Below are positions 38,597 to 47,026 of a stretch of DNA of 64,000 nt, piece after piece (positions within the stretch are counted from its first letter, which is position 1; each line of letters starts with the position of its first letter). The position numbers were made by a program, and so were the translations under genes. The DNA is from Prochlorococcus sp. AG-355-B18 (GTDB lineage Bacteria; Cyanobacteriota; Cyanobacteriia; PCC-6307; Cyanobiaceae): the NCBI GenBank assembly GCA_003280965.1, contig QCDI01000004.1, forward strand, positions 68,178 to 132,177, in the 5' to 3' direction. Under the pieces are notes generated by a model, which worked only from the letters and a program-made list of their open reading frames with translations, made no database searches and had not been told where the DNA came from.

Positions 38597-38612
38597 TAGT
38601 ACAAGTGTACTA
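38597..38612. promoter_or_regulatory. Putative LexA (SOS) box
   Basis: Palindrome TAGTACA-AG-TGTACTA, which fits the cyanobacterial AGTAC-N4-GTACT consensus; 7 bp upstream of the ATG at 38589. Confidence 0.75.
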
Positions 38613-38726
38613 ATAGTTATAGCAATTAAATTAGCTATTGGTCAACAATTAGTTCTCGAGGGGGCTATGGGGGATAAGTCCTTATTTGCAGGTATATATA
38701 ATTGCCTCAGACATTTTTGTCATTTT

Positions 38727-39899
38727 TTACGGGAACAATCTATTTCTTAAGGCATCTGTTTCCATTTTATCGATCCTATATTCAAGATTGTCCATTTTAA
38801 ATTTCCTTCTAAGTTCTTTTTGACTATTAATGCTGTCTTGCCATATTTGAAATCCGTTTGTATTAGAACGATTATTAGAAGGAGGAGGACTGTAAGTTTT
38901 ACCAGAGTAATAATTCATACAGCCCTGAAAATCTGAGGCATTCATACATTTGGAATGCTTTGAGTAGGGATTAGTATTAGTAGAATAATTTTTTTCTTTT
39001 GTAGTTTCGCTAGCTTTCCAAGCCTTTTCTACTTCCCTTAAACAGTTGTGCCATTTATACTTTTCTTCAGGCTTGAGATGTATATCTTTGAATCTTTTAT
39101 CACATAAATCCCAAGCGTAAGTTCTACCATTAATACAATCTCTAAGACTCAAGTAGCCATTTCTTTGCCATTGAAGAAGACCACCAAAATTACAAGTTTC
39201 AAATTTTAATGAGCAAATACTATAGTCATCAAAATTATCGTAAGAACCTGAAAAGCAAATCTTTTCAACTTTTTTAAAACATGACACTAAATCTTCAGTT
39301 TCTTCGTCGCAAGCACCTGCTATGCCTGATGTTTTAATATAATAATTCTTGTCTTTAGATGAAATAATTTTCCCCAAATAATTAGAACAAATCTCAGCGT
39401 CTTCATCTAATTTATAATAAATTTTACATTGCTTTCTTATAAATTCTTTTGTATTTTCTTTTCCTATATTAGAAATTCTTTTTAATTTTTCTTTATTAGC
39501 TAATTTAATTTTTTCAATATCTGGTTTACTGGCGGTAATACACGCTGCTTTATTATCTGGATAACTATATTTTGGATCTCCATACTCATCTAACTCTTGA
39601 GGTAATGTATTTCTGTTAATCAATGTTAATTCCTTAAAATCTAAAACATATTCCTCTTCAGCGTCTGAACCTTCCTTAAAAATAAGGATCCGATCTTTCT
39701 CCTTCCACTCTGCAGGCATTTTATCTACTTTCCCAGTTGGGTAAAAAACACTAACAATTTTTTTATTTAAATTAACGTCTAATTTGACTTGATATGTAGT
39801 TCCAAAATTGCAATCTAAATATGTTGATTCGGCTTCAATACTTGAAGGTAAAGCTATTGAAGCAAAAGAAGCAATTAATGGAATTAGAAACCTTTTCAT
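38727..39899 (-). CDS. Secreted Cys-rich hypothetical protein (array member 5; CxxAxDFxGC module near the C-terminus)
   Basis: Signal-peptide-like MKRFLIPLIASFASIALPSSIEA; module HSKCMNASDFQGCM. Confidence 0.8.
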   Translation of the reverse strand: MKRFLIPLIASFASIALPSSIEAESTYLDCNFGTTYQVKLDVNLNKKIVSVFYPTGKVDKMPAEWKEKDRILIFKEGSDAEEEYVLDFKELTLINRNTLPQELDEYGDPKYSYPDNKAACITASKPDIEKIKLANKEKLKRISNIGKENTKEFIRKQCKIYYKLDEDAEICSNYLGKIISSKDKNYYIKTSGIAGACDEETEDLVSCFKKVEKICFSGSYDNFDDYSICSLKFETCNFGGLLQWQRNGYLSLRDCINGRTYAWDLCDKRFKDIHLKPEEKYKWHNCLREVEKAWKASETTKEKNYSTNTNPYSKHSKCMNASDFQGCMNYYSGKTYSPPPSNNRSNTNGFQIWQDSINSQKELRRKFKMDNLEYRIDKMETDALRNRLFP

Positions 39900-40619
39900 C
39901 TAATTACATCTAGGCTTATTCTTCCAAACAGGAGAGTCGCAATTAATTTTTACGGAACCTGAATAAGCTTCTTGTTTTGATGATGGTTTTTTATAGTTCA
40001 GGGCTTTCGTTGCTAATTCTTCAATACCAAAAATATCAAACAGTTCGTTATCTGCTTTTCTTAATTCCTCTGGAGTTGCTTTTTTAGAAATAAATTTCTT
40101 AAATTCCTTCATAGGTAAAGGAGTTATTCTTGGTTTACATGAAGAAGTTGTATAAATAAAAGGTTCTTTATTGGGGCAGTTAGGATCCAAAACAGCTTTG
40201 GCTGATACTCCTAAAGCCAAAGTTTGTGTCCCTCCAAAGATAGGAATAGGTGCTGGTTTAGGGGTATATCCTGCAGATAGCAATGCCAAATGTCTCCATG
40301 GAGTCATATCCCTCAATTTGCTTATGACTTCTCTGCATATACCTCCTCCAGAATAAACAAATCCGTTGGGGCAGCTATTCCCTGATAGCTCAGTAGAACC
40401 CTGTATAACTCTTAGACTTGGAATATCCGTCGACTTACTTGTCTGAGCTTTAATGCAACCTGCATAATCAGCAGCTGGTAAACATAACTTATGAACTTTA
40501 GGATCTACTTCTGCTTTAACTGAAATAGGAAAAGTAAGAGCAAATATTAGTGGGACTAATAAGCGTTTCATCTAATTACACTTGGGCTTATTCTTCCAAA
40601 CAGGAGAATCACAATTAAT
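39894..40619. repeat. 54-bp imperfect direct repeats (39894-39947 and 40566-40619) bounding the 39900-40571 gene
   Basis: 49/54 identical by manual alignment; each spans a C-terminal module, the TAG stop and the next ATGAAA. Confidence 0.9.
39900..40571 (-). CDS. Secreted Cys-rich hypothetical protein (array member 4)
   Basis: Signal peptide ending ISVKA; N-terminal HKLCLPAADYAGC; C-terminal INCDSPVWKNKPRCN. Confidence 0.82.
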   Translation of the reverse strand: MKRLLVPLIFALTFPISVKAEVDPKVHKLCLPAADYAGCIKAQTSKSTDIPSLRVIQGSTELSGNSCPNGFVYSGGGICREVISKLRDMTPWRHLALLSAGYTPKPAPIPIFGGTQTLALGVSAKAVLDPNCPNKEPFIYTTSSCKPRITPLPMKEFKKFISKKATPEELRKADNELFDIFGIEELATKALNYKKPSSKQEAYSGSVKINCDSPVWKNKPRCN

Positions 40620-41507
40620 ATTTCCCACATTCTTTGATTTAGATGAAGTTCTTTTCTTGATGTCTTTATATTTGTAAAGAGAGAAAGTAGAAGGCTTAAG
40701 ATATTCGATCATGTCTTTTTTAGTTCTACAAAAACTTATACCTTTGGTTTTAACCCAATCGTCTTTAGCTTCAGAGAACATAACCCATTTCTTTCTTTTA
40801 CCTTTTTTGTTTATTGTTTTTACTAATCTTTCTTTGAAAAACGTAGCATAAACTTCATCTTCACAATCAAGAATATAATCCCATTGTTGTTGAATTATTC
40901 CTCCAGGAATAGCTGCTCTCCCAGGAATAGTTAATTGAGCAGGAGGGCGCGTATAACAATTGAATGAACCACCTGTTCCATAACAGTTTGTACTGCTTCC
41001 CCCTATGTTGGTTGAGTAACCTGAGGTTCCAGCTTGTGGTTCTTGGTAAAACCTTATAACTGACATTAATTGAATGTATCTACCATATTTGTTGTTAACT
41101 TGAACTTGATATATCTCCGGATTTACATATCCCGCAGCTCTTTTGGCAGGCATATCAGTAAAACGCCAACCTGGAATAACTTTCATTCCTAAGTTGTCAA
41201 CTTTTCCTTTTGCTTCTTCAGGGGAACAATTTCTATATGAACAGTCAATATCATTTGGAGAGATTATTTTTGTAGTATTTAAATTCTCTGGATTTTTTGA
41301 ATATTCCATACATCCTTTATAGTCGGTAGCTTCTAGGCATTTATCATGGAAACTAACTTGACTCATGCAACCTTCATAATCATCTGCTTTTAGACATTTC
41401 TCATGCATATTAGAATCATTGGCAAGAGAAATTTTCCCAGTAAAGGAAAGAGCTAATAGAGCAAATATAAAACTTAAATTGGAACTTTTAAAAAAATTGA
41501 TTTTCAT
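40572..41507 (-). CDS. Secreted Cys-rich hypothetical protein (array member 3)
   Basis: Signal peptide; two tandem HxKCLxAxDYxGCM modules; C-terminal INCDSPVWKNKPKCN. Confidence 0.82.
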   Translation of the reverse strand: MKINFFKSSNLSFIFALLALSFTGKISLANDSNMHEKCLKADDYEGCMSQVSFHDKCLEATDYKGCMEYSKNPENLNTTKIISPNDIDCSYRNCSPEEAKGKVDNLGMKVIPGWRFTDMPAKRAAGYVNPEIYQVQVNNKYGRYIQLMSVIRFYQEPQAGTSGYSTNIGGSSTNCYGTGGSFNCYTRPPAQLTIPGRAAIPGGIIQQQWDYILDCEDEVYATFFKERLVKTINKKGKRKKWVMFSEAKDDWVKTKGISFCRTKKDMIEYLKPSTFSLYKYKDIKKRTSSKSKNVGNINCDSPVWKNKPKCN

Positions 41508-41517
41508 AAGAGAATTA

Positions 41518-42339
41518 TTATTCGATTAGCCAATCCATTTTGTTGTGTTTAGCGCAACCTATGAAATCTTTTGCTTCAACGCATTTCCCTAGATCGTATA
41601 CTCTTTGTTTATAAATTTCCCAAAATTTCTTCAATTCTTTATCATGATTCATAGCTACTTCATAGCAGTAAGCAAACTGACTTAAAGAAGAATAAAAACT
41701 TACTCTAGATTCAAAATCTTTTTCCTTTTCTGCTCCAATAGCCCTGCTGCAAATTCTTTTTCGAGTTTCTTCAGGAGATCTCTTAGAGCCATATTTACTA
41801 ATAATATATTTATCGTTAAAAAAACCTCTGTCAAAAGATGCAACGTCATTTATTTCTTTGATTTTTTCCTTCCTAGATACTTCCGAATCTTTGCTTATAT
41901 CTTTTATATATTCAATATTTTTATTATCCAAATGTTTCCATGCCCTTCCTTCACTAAAAGCAATATAAGCTGGTGACTTAGTTAGTTTATCCTGAGGATT
42001 TTTAGATATGTATTTTTGAAGAATAGATATGCAAGATTTTTCTACTTCTTTTGGAACATCGTAAAGTTTTATAAATGTGTAGCAAGACCCCGCTTTATAT
42101 GAATCTATAGTTTCTCTGTCAAAAACACTACTTTGTAGGAGTGTTTTTTTTATGTTGTTTGTATTACTTAAAAAAAAAGGCAAATATAGTCTCCACCAAT
42201 AATCGTTATCCCAGTTTTTTGTTTCTAACCATTCGCTAGTTGAGCCTGGTGATTTTAGCCATGCTCTTTCATTAACTTCCGCACTAACTGGAGATAAAAA
42301 ACCTAATAAAATCGCTGATATTAATATGCGAATGATCAT
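41518..42339 (-). CDS. Secreted hypothetical protein (array member 2)
   Basis: Signal peptide ending SPVSA; EVNERAWLKSPGSTSEWLETKNWD; C-terminal KCVEAKDFIGC. Confidence 0.8.
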   Translation of the reverse strand: MIIRILISAILLGFLSPVSAEVNERAWLKSPGSTSEWLETKNWDNDYWWRLYLPFFLSNTNNIKKTLLQSSVFDRETIDSYKAGSCYTFIKLYDVPKEVEKSCISILQKYISKNPQDKLTKSPAYIAFSEGRAWKHLDNKNIEYIKDISKDSEVSRKEKIKEINDVASFDRGFFNDKYIISKYGSKRSPEETRKRICSRAIGAEKEKDFESRVSFYSSLSQFAYCYEVAMNHDKELKKFWEIYKQRVYDLGKCVEAKDFIGCAKHNKMDWLIE

Positions 42340-42349
42340 GGTATTGAAG

Positions 42350-43147
42350 TTAAGATTTCTCGTTGAAGCTCATACAACCTTTGTAATCAGCTGCCTTTAA
42401 GCATTTTTCATGATTTTTCTTGTTGTCTGAATTTTGGATAGAAGGTTTAGAAATATTTAATTCTTCATTTTTTTTAGAAGTTTGATTTATTGCTTTCCAT
42501 TTTTCTACTAATTCTAAGCAGTTAACATAAATCCCTAAAGTAGGAAAATCTAAGTCCCTTTCTGTTGAGTAAAGATTACATAGTCGTAATCTTCCAATTA
42601 GCAAATCTCTTTTGCTCATGTTTTTAACTTCAGAATTACCTGAGACTTCGTATAACCAATCTTTGTGGAATTGATCATTAAACCATCCTTTCTTTACTTT
42701 GTATTGCGTATTCCTTACATCTATAAACAATTTAAAATCTTTGTCACTCATCTCTTCTCTCATTAAATTTAATTCATCCTCCTCCCATTTTCTTCCTTCA
42801 TAAAAGGCTTTTTCTTCTTCACTCAGATTCCTTTTAGCCCTTTTTGATAGTTTTTGATAAATAGTTTTACAAGATTCTTTTAGGTAATTAGTGTAATCAT
42901 TCAGTTTAATAAAATCTTTACAGGTTTTTATTTTCGCTTCATCAATCATTTTCTCGTTAATTCTTTTTATCGGTTTGTTATAGAAACGTGCAAGACTATT
43001 AATCCACCATTCATCATCATCCCAATTTTTTGTTTCAAGCCATTCACTCGTGGAACCTTTCGTTTTTAACCATGCTTTTTCATCAACTTCAGCAAAAACA
43101 GGAGATATAAAACCTAGTAAAAATGGTGCAAGCAACAGGTGCTTCAT
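42350..43147 (-). CDS. Secreted hypothetical protein (array member 1)
   Basis: Start moved to ATG 43147 (MKHLLLAPFLLGFISPVFA); EVDEKAWLKTKGSTSEWLETKNWD; C-terminal HEKCLKAADYKGCM. Confidence 0.8.
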   Translation of the reverse strand: MKHLLLAPFLLGFISPVFAEVDEKAWLKTKGSTSEWLETKNWDDDEWWINSLARFYNKPIKRINEKMIDEAKIKTCKDFIKLNDYTNYLKESCKTIYQKLSKRAKRNLSEEEKAFYEGRKWEEDELNLMREEMSDKDFKLFIDVRNTQYKVKKGWFNDQFHKDWLYEVSGNSEVKNMSKRDLLIGRLRLCNLYSTERDLDFPTLGIYVNCLELVEKWKAINQTSKKNEELNISKPSIQNSDNKKNHEKCLKAADYKGCMSFNEKS

Positions 43148-43243
43148 GGCACTAACGAATTTGCACAATGATATATGCAATATCCTTTAATGCCAAGAGA
43201 GATTAATTACATAGTCAGTTTTTAGAAACAATTAGTGATTTAA

Positions 43244-43402
43244 TTATTTTTGGAGTTTCAGTTGATTTCTCATATGCATACTTTTTTGATGAGTGTGAGT
43301 TGGTGTTTTTCTTTTATGTTTGTTTTGAGTGTTATTGGTTCCTCCAATTTTTAAAGAGGTAATACTTTTTCTTAATTTGTTTTTGAATTGATTGATTTTC
43401 AT
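43244..43402 (-). CDS. Very basic small hypothetical protein (52 aa)
   Basis: Read manually: MKINQFKNKLRKSITSLKIGGTNNTQNKHKRKTPTHTHQKSMHMRNQLKLQK. Confidence 0.4.
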   Translation of the reverse strand: MKINQFKNKLRKSITSLKIGGTNNTQNKHKRKTPTHTHQKSMHMRNQLKLQK

Positions 43403-43415
43403 AAGCTTTTATTAG

Positions 43416-43583
43416 TTATTTCACAATCCATTCACTCATTAACAATCTTGCTTTATCAGCATCATTAAATTCAAAATAATACTTAACTCTTTCATGAGCT
43501 GATTCAGCTATTTCACCTTTAGACCAAAATCTTATTCGTCTTGTATTAGGGCAATTATCTCTAGTTAATGGTTTTTTGTTCAT
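43416..43583 (-). CDS. Small hypothetical protein (55 aa)
   Basis: Read manually: MNKKPLTRDNCPNTRRIRFWSKGEIAESAHERVKYYFEFNDADKARLLMSEWIVK. Confidence 0.55.
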   Translation of the reverse strand: MNKKPLTRDNCPNTRRIRFWSKGEIAESAHERVKYYFEFNDADKARLLMSEWIVK

Positions 43584-43786
43584 GTTAAAAATGGAAATTA
43601 AATTAAAGGATATTTGGAATTTGGGTAATTGATATAGCTAAATGAGTTAGAGTTTTTATGAGAAATGGCAAATAATTATTTCTTATTCTTAAATATTATT
43701 TTTATACATATATGTAACAGAAATGTATAGACTTAATATAAATATAAGCATATATAACCAATTTCTTTACATTAATTAATATTAAT

Positions 43787-43804
43787 GTTACATTAGTTTA
43801 CATA
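43787..43804 (+). promoter_or_regulatory. HLR1 (RpaB-binding) element upstream of the hli operon
   Basis: GTTACATT-AG-TTTACATA direct repeat, 16 bp before the hli ATG. Confidence 0.75.
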
Positions 43805-43820
43805 TTTAGTCTTCATAAAA

Positions 43821-43928
43821 ATGACCCCTGAAGCAGAAAGATTTAACGGTTGGGCAGCAATGCTCGGTTTCGTTGCAGCTGTTGGTGCATACGTAACAAC
43901 TGGTCAAATTATTCCTGGTTGGTTCTAA
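43821..43928 (+). CDS. hli: High light inducible protein (35 aa)
   Basis: MTPEAERFNGWAAMLGFVAAVGAYVTTGQIIPGWF; missed by the ORF track. Confidence 0.95.
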   Translation: MTPEAERFNGWAAMLGFVAAVGAYVTTGQIIPGWF

Positions 43929-44062
43929 TGAAAAACACAAAAATAGTTGAAAAGGAAAAGATTATAGCTGAGAAGCTTAACGGCAGATTTGCAATGATGG
44001 GCTTTATTGCTCTTGTTGGTGCTTATCTAACAACTGGTCAAATTATTCCTGGCTTTGTGTAA
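43928..44062 (+). CDS. hli: High light inducible protein (44 aa)
   Basis: AEKLNGRFAMMG...TGQIIPGFV; TAATG coupling gives the start at 43928. Confidence 0.95.
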   Translation: MKNTKIVEKEKIIAEKLNGRFAMMGFIALVGAYLTTGQIIPGFV

Positions 44063-44244
44063 TGCTTGAGGCAGGAATTAACACTTGGATTAACACTATA
44101 CTTTTTCCTTTTATGCCAGTCATAACAGTATTTATGGTTAGTGCATTAATGTTGAGTGATTTGCCATGGAATGATGATGATGACGATGATGATGGCGGTG
44201 GATTAATCTCACCTGTCTATAACTTCGTTCCTCAAGGTGCTTAG
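44062..44244 (+). CDS. Small membrane protein with poly-Asp tail (60 aa)
   Basis: Transmembrane segment then DDDDDDDGGGLISPVY; TAATG-coupled to the hli gene. Confidence 0.75.
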   Translation: MLEAGINTWINTILFPFMPVITVFMVSALMLSDLPWNDDDDDDDGGGLISPVYNFVPQGA

Positions 44245-44259
44245 AGGATATATATCAAA

Positions 44260-44373
44260 ATGATTCTCATCTCATCTTTATTTAATTCAGTCCCTTCAAG
44301 TGCTAAAGACCTTTTAGAGTTTGGTTTCTTTCTCACTGTAGGTATTACAGCAGGAAAAGTAGGACTCCTATGA
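44260..44373 (+). CDS. Small membrane protein (37 aa)
   Basis: MILISSLFNSVPSSAKDLLEFGFFLTVGITAGKVGLL; GAGGA ribosome-binding site upstream. Confidence 0.65.
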   Translation: MILISSLFNSVPSSAKDLLEFGFFLTVGITAGKVGLL

Positions 44374-44456
44374 AAACATATCTAATTGCCATATCACTAT
44401 TTGGCATTGCAATAATAACTACTGCGATATCACCAAGTATTGCTTACGCAGTATAA
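44370..44456 (+). CDS. Small hydrophobic peptide (28 aa)
   Basis: MKTYLIAISLFGIAIITTAISPSIAYAV; ATGA overlap with the previous gene. Confidence 0.6.
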   Translation: MKTYLIAISLFGIAIITTAISPSIAYAV

Positions 44457-44492
44457 AAATTTAATCACTCTTATTAACGAAAAATTAAAAAA

Positions 44493-44621
44493 ATGGAAAA
44501 TTCAAAAACAACTTATTGGCAAAATGCTGAGAGAACCAATGGAAGTATGGCAATGATGGGTTTATTCGCATTGGTTGTAAACTACGGTCTTTTTGGCTGG
44601 ATCATCCCAGGTATTTTTTAA
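44493..44621 (+). CDS. hli: High light inducible protein (42 aa), NGS variant
   Basis: MENSKTTYWQNAERTNGSMAMMGLFALVVNYGLFGWIIPGIF. Confidence 0.88.
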   Translation: MENSKTTYWQNAERTNGSMAMMGLFALVVNYGLFGWIIPGIF

Positions 44622-44716
44622 AATGAATATAGATATTTTCTTAATCTCTTTCTTTACATATCTATTAGTGCCAGTGGTAATGGTTGCTAAGGGTAGAAAA
44701 AATAAGGTATTTTAAA

Positions 44717-44893
44717 ATGTCTTATTTCGCAAAAAATAATTATATAAAATATGACGAATGGTTTGATGAGAATATTTCTCCACTTGATTTAAAATTTTAT
44801 TACGAAGAAAAACGATTCTCAAATACTCTTCATGAAAAATTTTATTTATTGTCAACCTCAAAAATATTCATTGGGGGTTCTGAAAAAAAATGA
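44717..44893 (+). CDS. Hypothetical protein, short paralog of 53403-53819
   Basis: MSYFAxxNxIxYDEWFD...LHExFYxLS is shared between the two. Confidence 0.6.
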   Translation: MSYFAKNNYIKYDEWFDENISPLDLKFYYEEKRFSNTLHEKFYLLSTSKIFIGGSEKK

Positions 44894-45314
44894 TAACTAT
44901 TTAAAAACTTCTTCCGCAAGGTTAAATTAGATTAAAGAAATATATGAATTTTAATTATCATAGGTAAATGAAGATGCATCATTAAATTTTTGAAAAAAGA
45001 GAGTTGACATATAAATTTTTTTTATTATTACATCGAAAATAAAATTTACCTCAATGAATATATTTATTAGTTTTGCTGGAATAAAATTAAGGAAAATTCA
45101 AAATTGGACCACCTAATAAGCTTGAAAAGAGGATTATTCACTGGCAAAAAATTTATAAAAAATTTCTTCATGCATCCGGTATTTCTTTTTAATTTTATTT
45201 TTATCTTTTTAAAGAATATTATTAGTCTAATTTAATGTTTAATTTGATAAACAATTGAAGTAATAATTAATAGAGCTTGTTGATAATGAATTTAAGTATA
45301 AAAAAATTACGATT

Positions 45315-45632
45315 ATGAAAATTCTTATTCCAATAATTGTATCTTTATCTTTCATTTCTTCTTGTAGTAGTGACAAAGATTTTTCTCTTACAGAGGTAAA
45401 CGCATTAATAAATTGCGGAGGCAGATCTCGTATTTTAGAAAATGACAATGAAGAGATAGTTAATACAAAAATAAAAGATTTAAGCGATGGAATAGGAAAA
45501 TATGTTGAATTTACTGTTGTAGAAACTGATAAAAAAGGCGGGAAATATAGGATTATTAATTGTTTCCCAAGTGAAGAACCACAAGATTCAATTATAAAAA
45601 CTGTTAAAACAAATTATAAATTAAGCAATTAA
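45315..45632 (+). CDS. Putative lipoprotein
   Basis: MKILIPIIVSLSFISSC lipobox-like signal. Confidence 0.7.
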   Translation: MKILIPIIVSLSFISSCSSDKDFSLTEVNALINCGGRSRILENDNEEIVNTKIKDLSDGIGKYVEFTVVETDKKGGKYRIINCFPSEEPQDSIIKTVKTNYKLSN

Positions 45633-45769
45633 AACTTATTTAGAAATAACTATTTTACGCCTGATAAAAGTTTTGGATTGATGATTAAGTAGTAAGCGTT
45701 TCATAAAAAATATAGCCTTGGAAAATAGATTTTTTTAAGATTATATTAATAAAATTTAGGGAGAATAAA

Positions 45770-46147
45770 ATGTCAATCATTACGGACAACACAGTGCTCG
45801 TACATATTTATAGTGGTTTAGAATCCAAAAATAAAATAACTTTAGGTTTATTAGTTGCCCTTACAGCAGAAAAAAACGATCACAAAGTAACTCTTTTTCT
45901 TGCTGGGGACGGAGTACACATACTAAATTGCAAAAAAGTTGGTGAAATAGTTGGTCAAGGTACCGGAGATTTATACGAACATCTTGAAAATTTAAAGAAT
46001 TCAAAAGTTACTATATACGTCTCAGGACTTTCGGCTAAATCAAGGGGTTATGATGAGAAGCTTTTAGAAGGATATAATGCTGAGTTTGCTACTCCGGATG
46101 TACTAGTTGATGAGTCAATAAAAGCGGATAGCATCCTTTGTTATTAA
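45770..46147 (+). CDS. DsrE/DsrF-like family protein
   Basis: VTLFLAGDGV, IYVSGLSAKSRG and EFATP motifs. Confidence 0.8.
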   Translation: MSIITDNTVLVHIYSGLESKNKITLGLLVALTAEKNDHKVTLFLAGDGVHILNCKKVGEIVGQGTGDLYEHLENLKNSKVTIYVSGLSAKSRGYDEKLLEGYNAEFATPDVLVDESIKADSILCY

Positions 46148-46168
46148 GTCTTTATAAAAACAGAAATT

Positions 46169-47026
46169 TTAAACTGTGTTTTTTGATAATTTGATAATTT
46201 CCCATGCTTCTGATGCAGAATCTGCGTATTTAAATAAATTCAAGTGTTCATCTGCAATTAATCCATGATCAGCTAAATACTCAAAGTTAATTATCTTATC
46301 CCAATATTCTCTACCAAAAAGTATTATTGGGATTTTAGTTTTCATGCCAGTTTGAAGGAGTGTTAATAGTTCAAACAATTCATCTAGAGTTCCAAACCCA
46401 CCTGGAAAAAATACAGCAGCTATTGATCGCATTACAAAATGGATCTTTCTTAATGCAAAATAATTAAATTTAAAGCAAAGACCTGGAGTTATAAAAGCAT
46501 TTGGGATTTGTTCATTAGGGAGACTGATATTCAACCCTATTGATTTACAATTTGCTTCAAATGCTCCTCTGTTTGCAGCTTCCATAATTCCTGGTCCACC
46601 ACCTGTAACAATCACATCAGAATTATATTTTTTATTTTGATTATTAATTGAAGCAAGTTTAGAAAATTCCATTGCGGATTGATAATAGTGACTCATTGAT
46701 AACAAATTTTCTAACCTACTTAAATTTCGTTTAAGCAAAATCGATGTAGGATTTTTTTTAATCAACTCTTTTATATTTTTAACTCTCTTTTTTGTATTGG
46801 ATTCTTCTGTGATACTTGCGCCTCCAAAAATAATTATGGTTGAAAGAATTTTATTCGCTTCAAGGATGAGATCTGGTTTAGTAATTTCAAGAAGCATTCT
46901 TACCCCACGCATTTCATCTCGACTAAGAAAACCAATATCTTCGTGAGCTAATTTATAACTATCAGAATTAATAATTAAATTCAGATTTTTTAAATTATTA
47001 ATTTTGGGTGAAATATGTTTTTTCAT
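46169..47026 (-). CDS. LOG-family nucleotide phosphoribohydrolase (lysine-decarboxylase-like)
   Basis: TGGGPGIMEAANRGA and PGGFGTLDE motifs; ATG at 47026. Confidence 0.9.
   Translation of the reverse strand: MKKHISPKINNLKNLNLIINSDSYKLAHEDIGFLSRDEMRGVRMLLEITKPDLILEANKILSTIIIFGGASITEESNTKKRVKNIKELIKKNPTSILLKRNLSRLENLLSMSHYYQSAMEFSKLASINNQNKKYNSDVIVTGGGPGIMEAANRGAFEANCKSIGLNISLPNEQIPNAFITPGLCFKFNYFALRKIHFVMRSIAAVFFPGGFGTLDELFELLTLLQTGMKTKIPIILFGREYWDKIINFEYLADHGLIADEHLNLFKYADSASEAWEIIKLSKNTV

Noticed and set aside
38727..43147. Classical integron (attC) or diversity-generating retroelement explanation for the array
   Set aside because: Gaps of 0-10 bp leave no room for attC sites. No integrase or reverse transcriptase is present, and repeat mismatches are mostly synonymous rather than clearly adenine-directed.
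43850..43927. Cys-rich N-terminal extension of hli ORF 43850-44062 (likewise 58374-58451)
   Set aside because: It is the off-frame reading of the upstream 35-aa hli; true starts are 43928 and 58373.
44172..44193. (GAT)n microsatellite as a phase-variation tract
   Set aside because: In-frame Asp codons interrupted by GAC; better explained as a poly-Asp coding tract.
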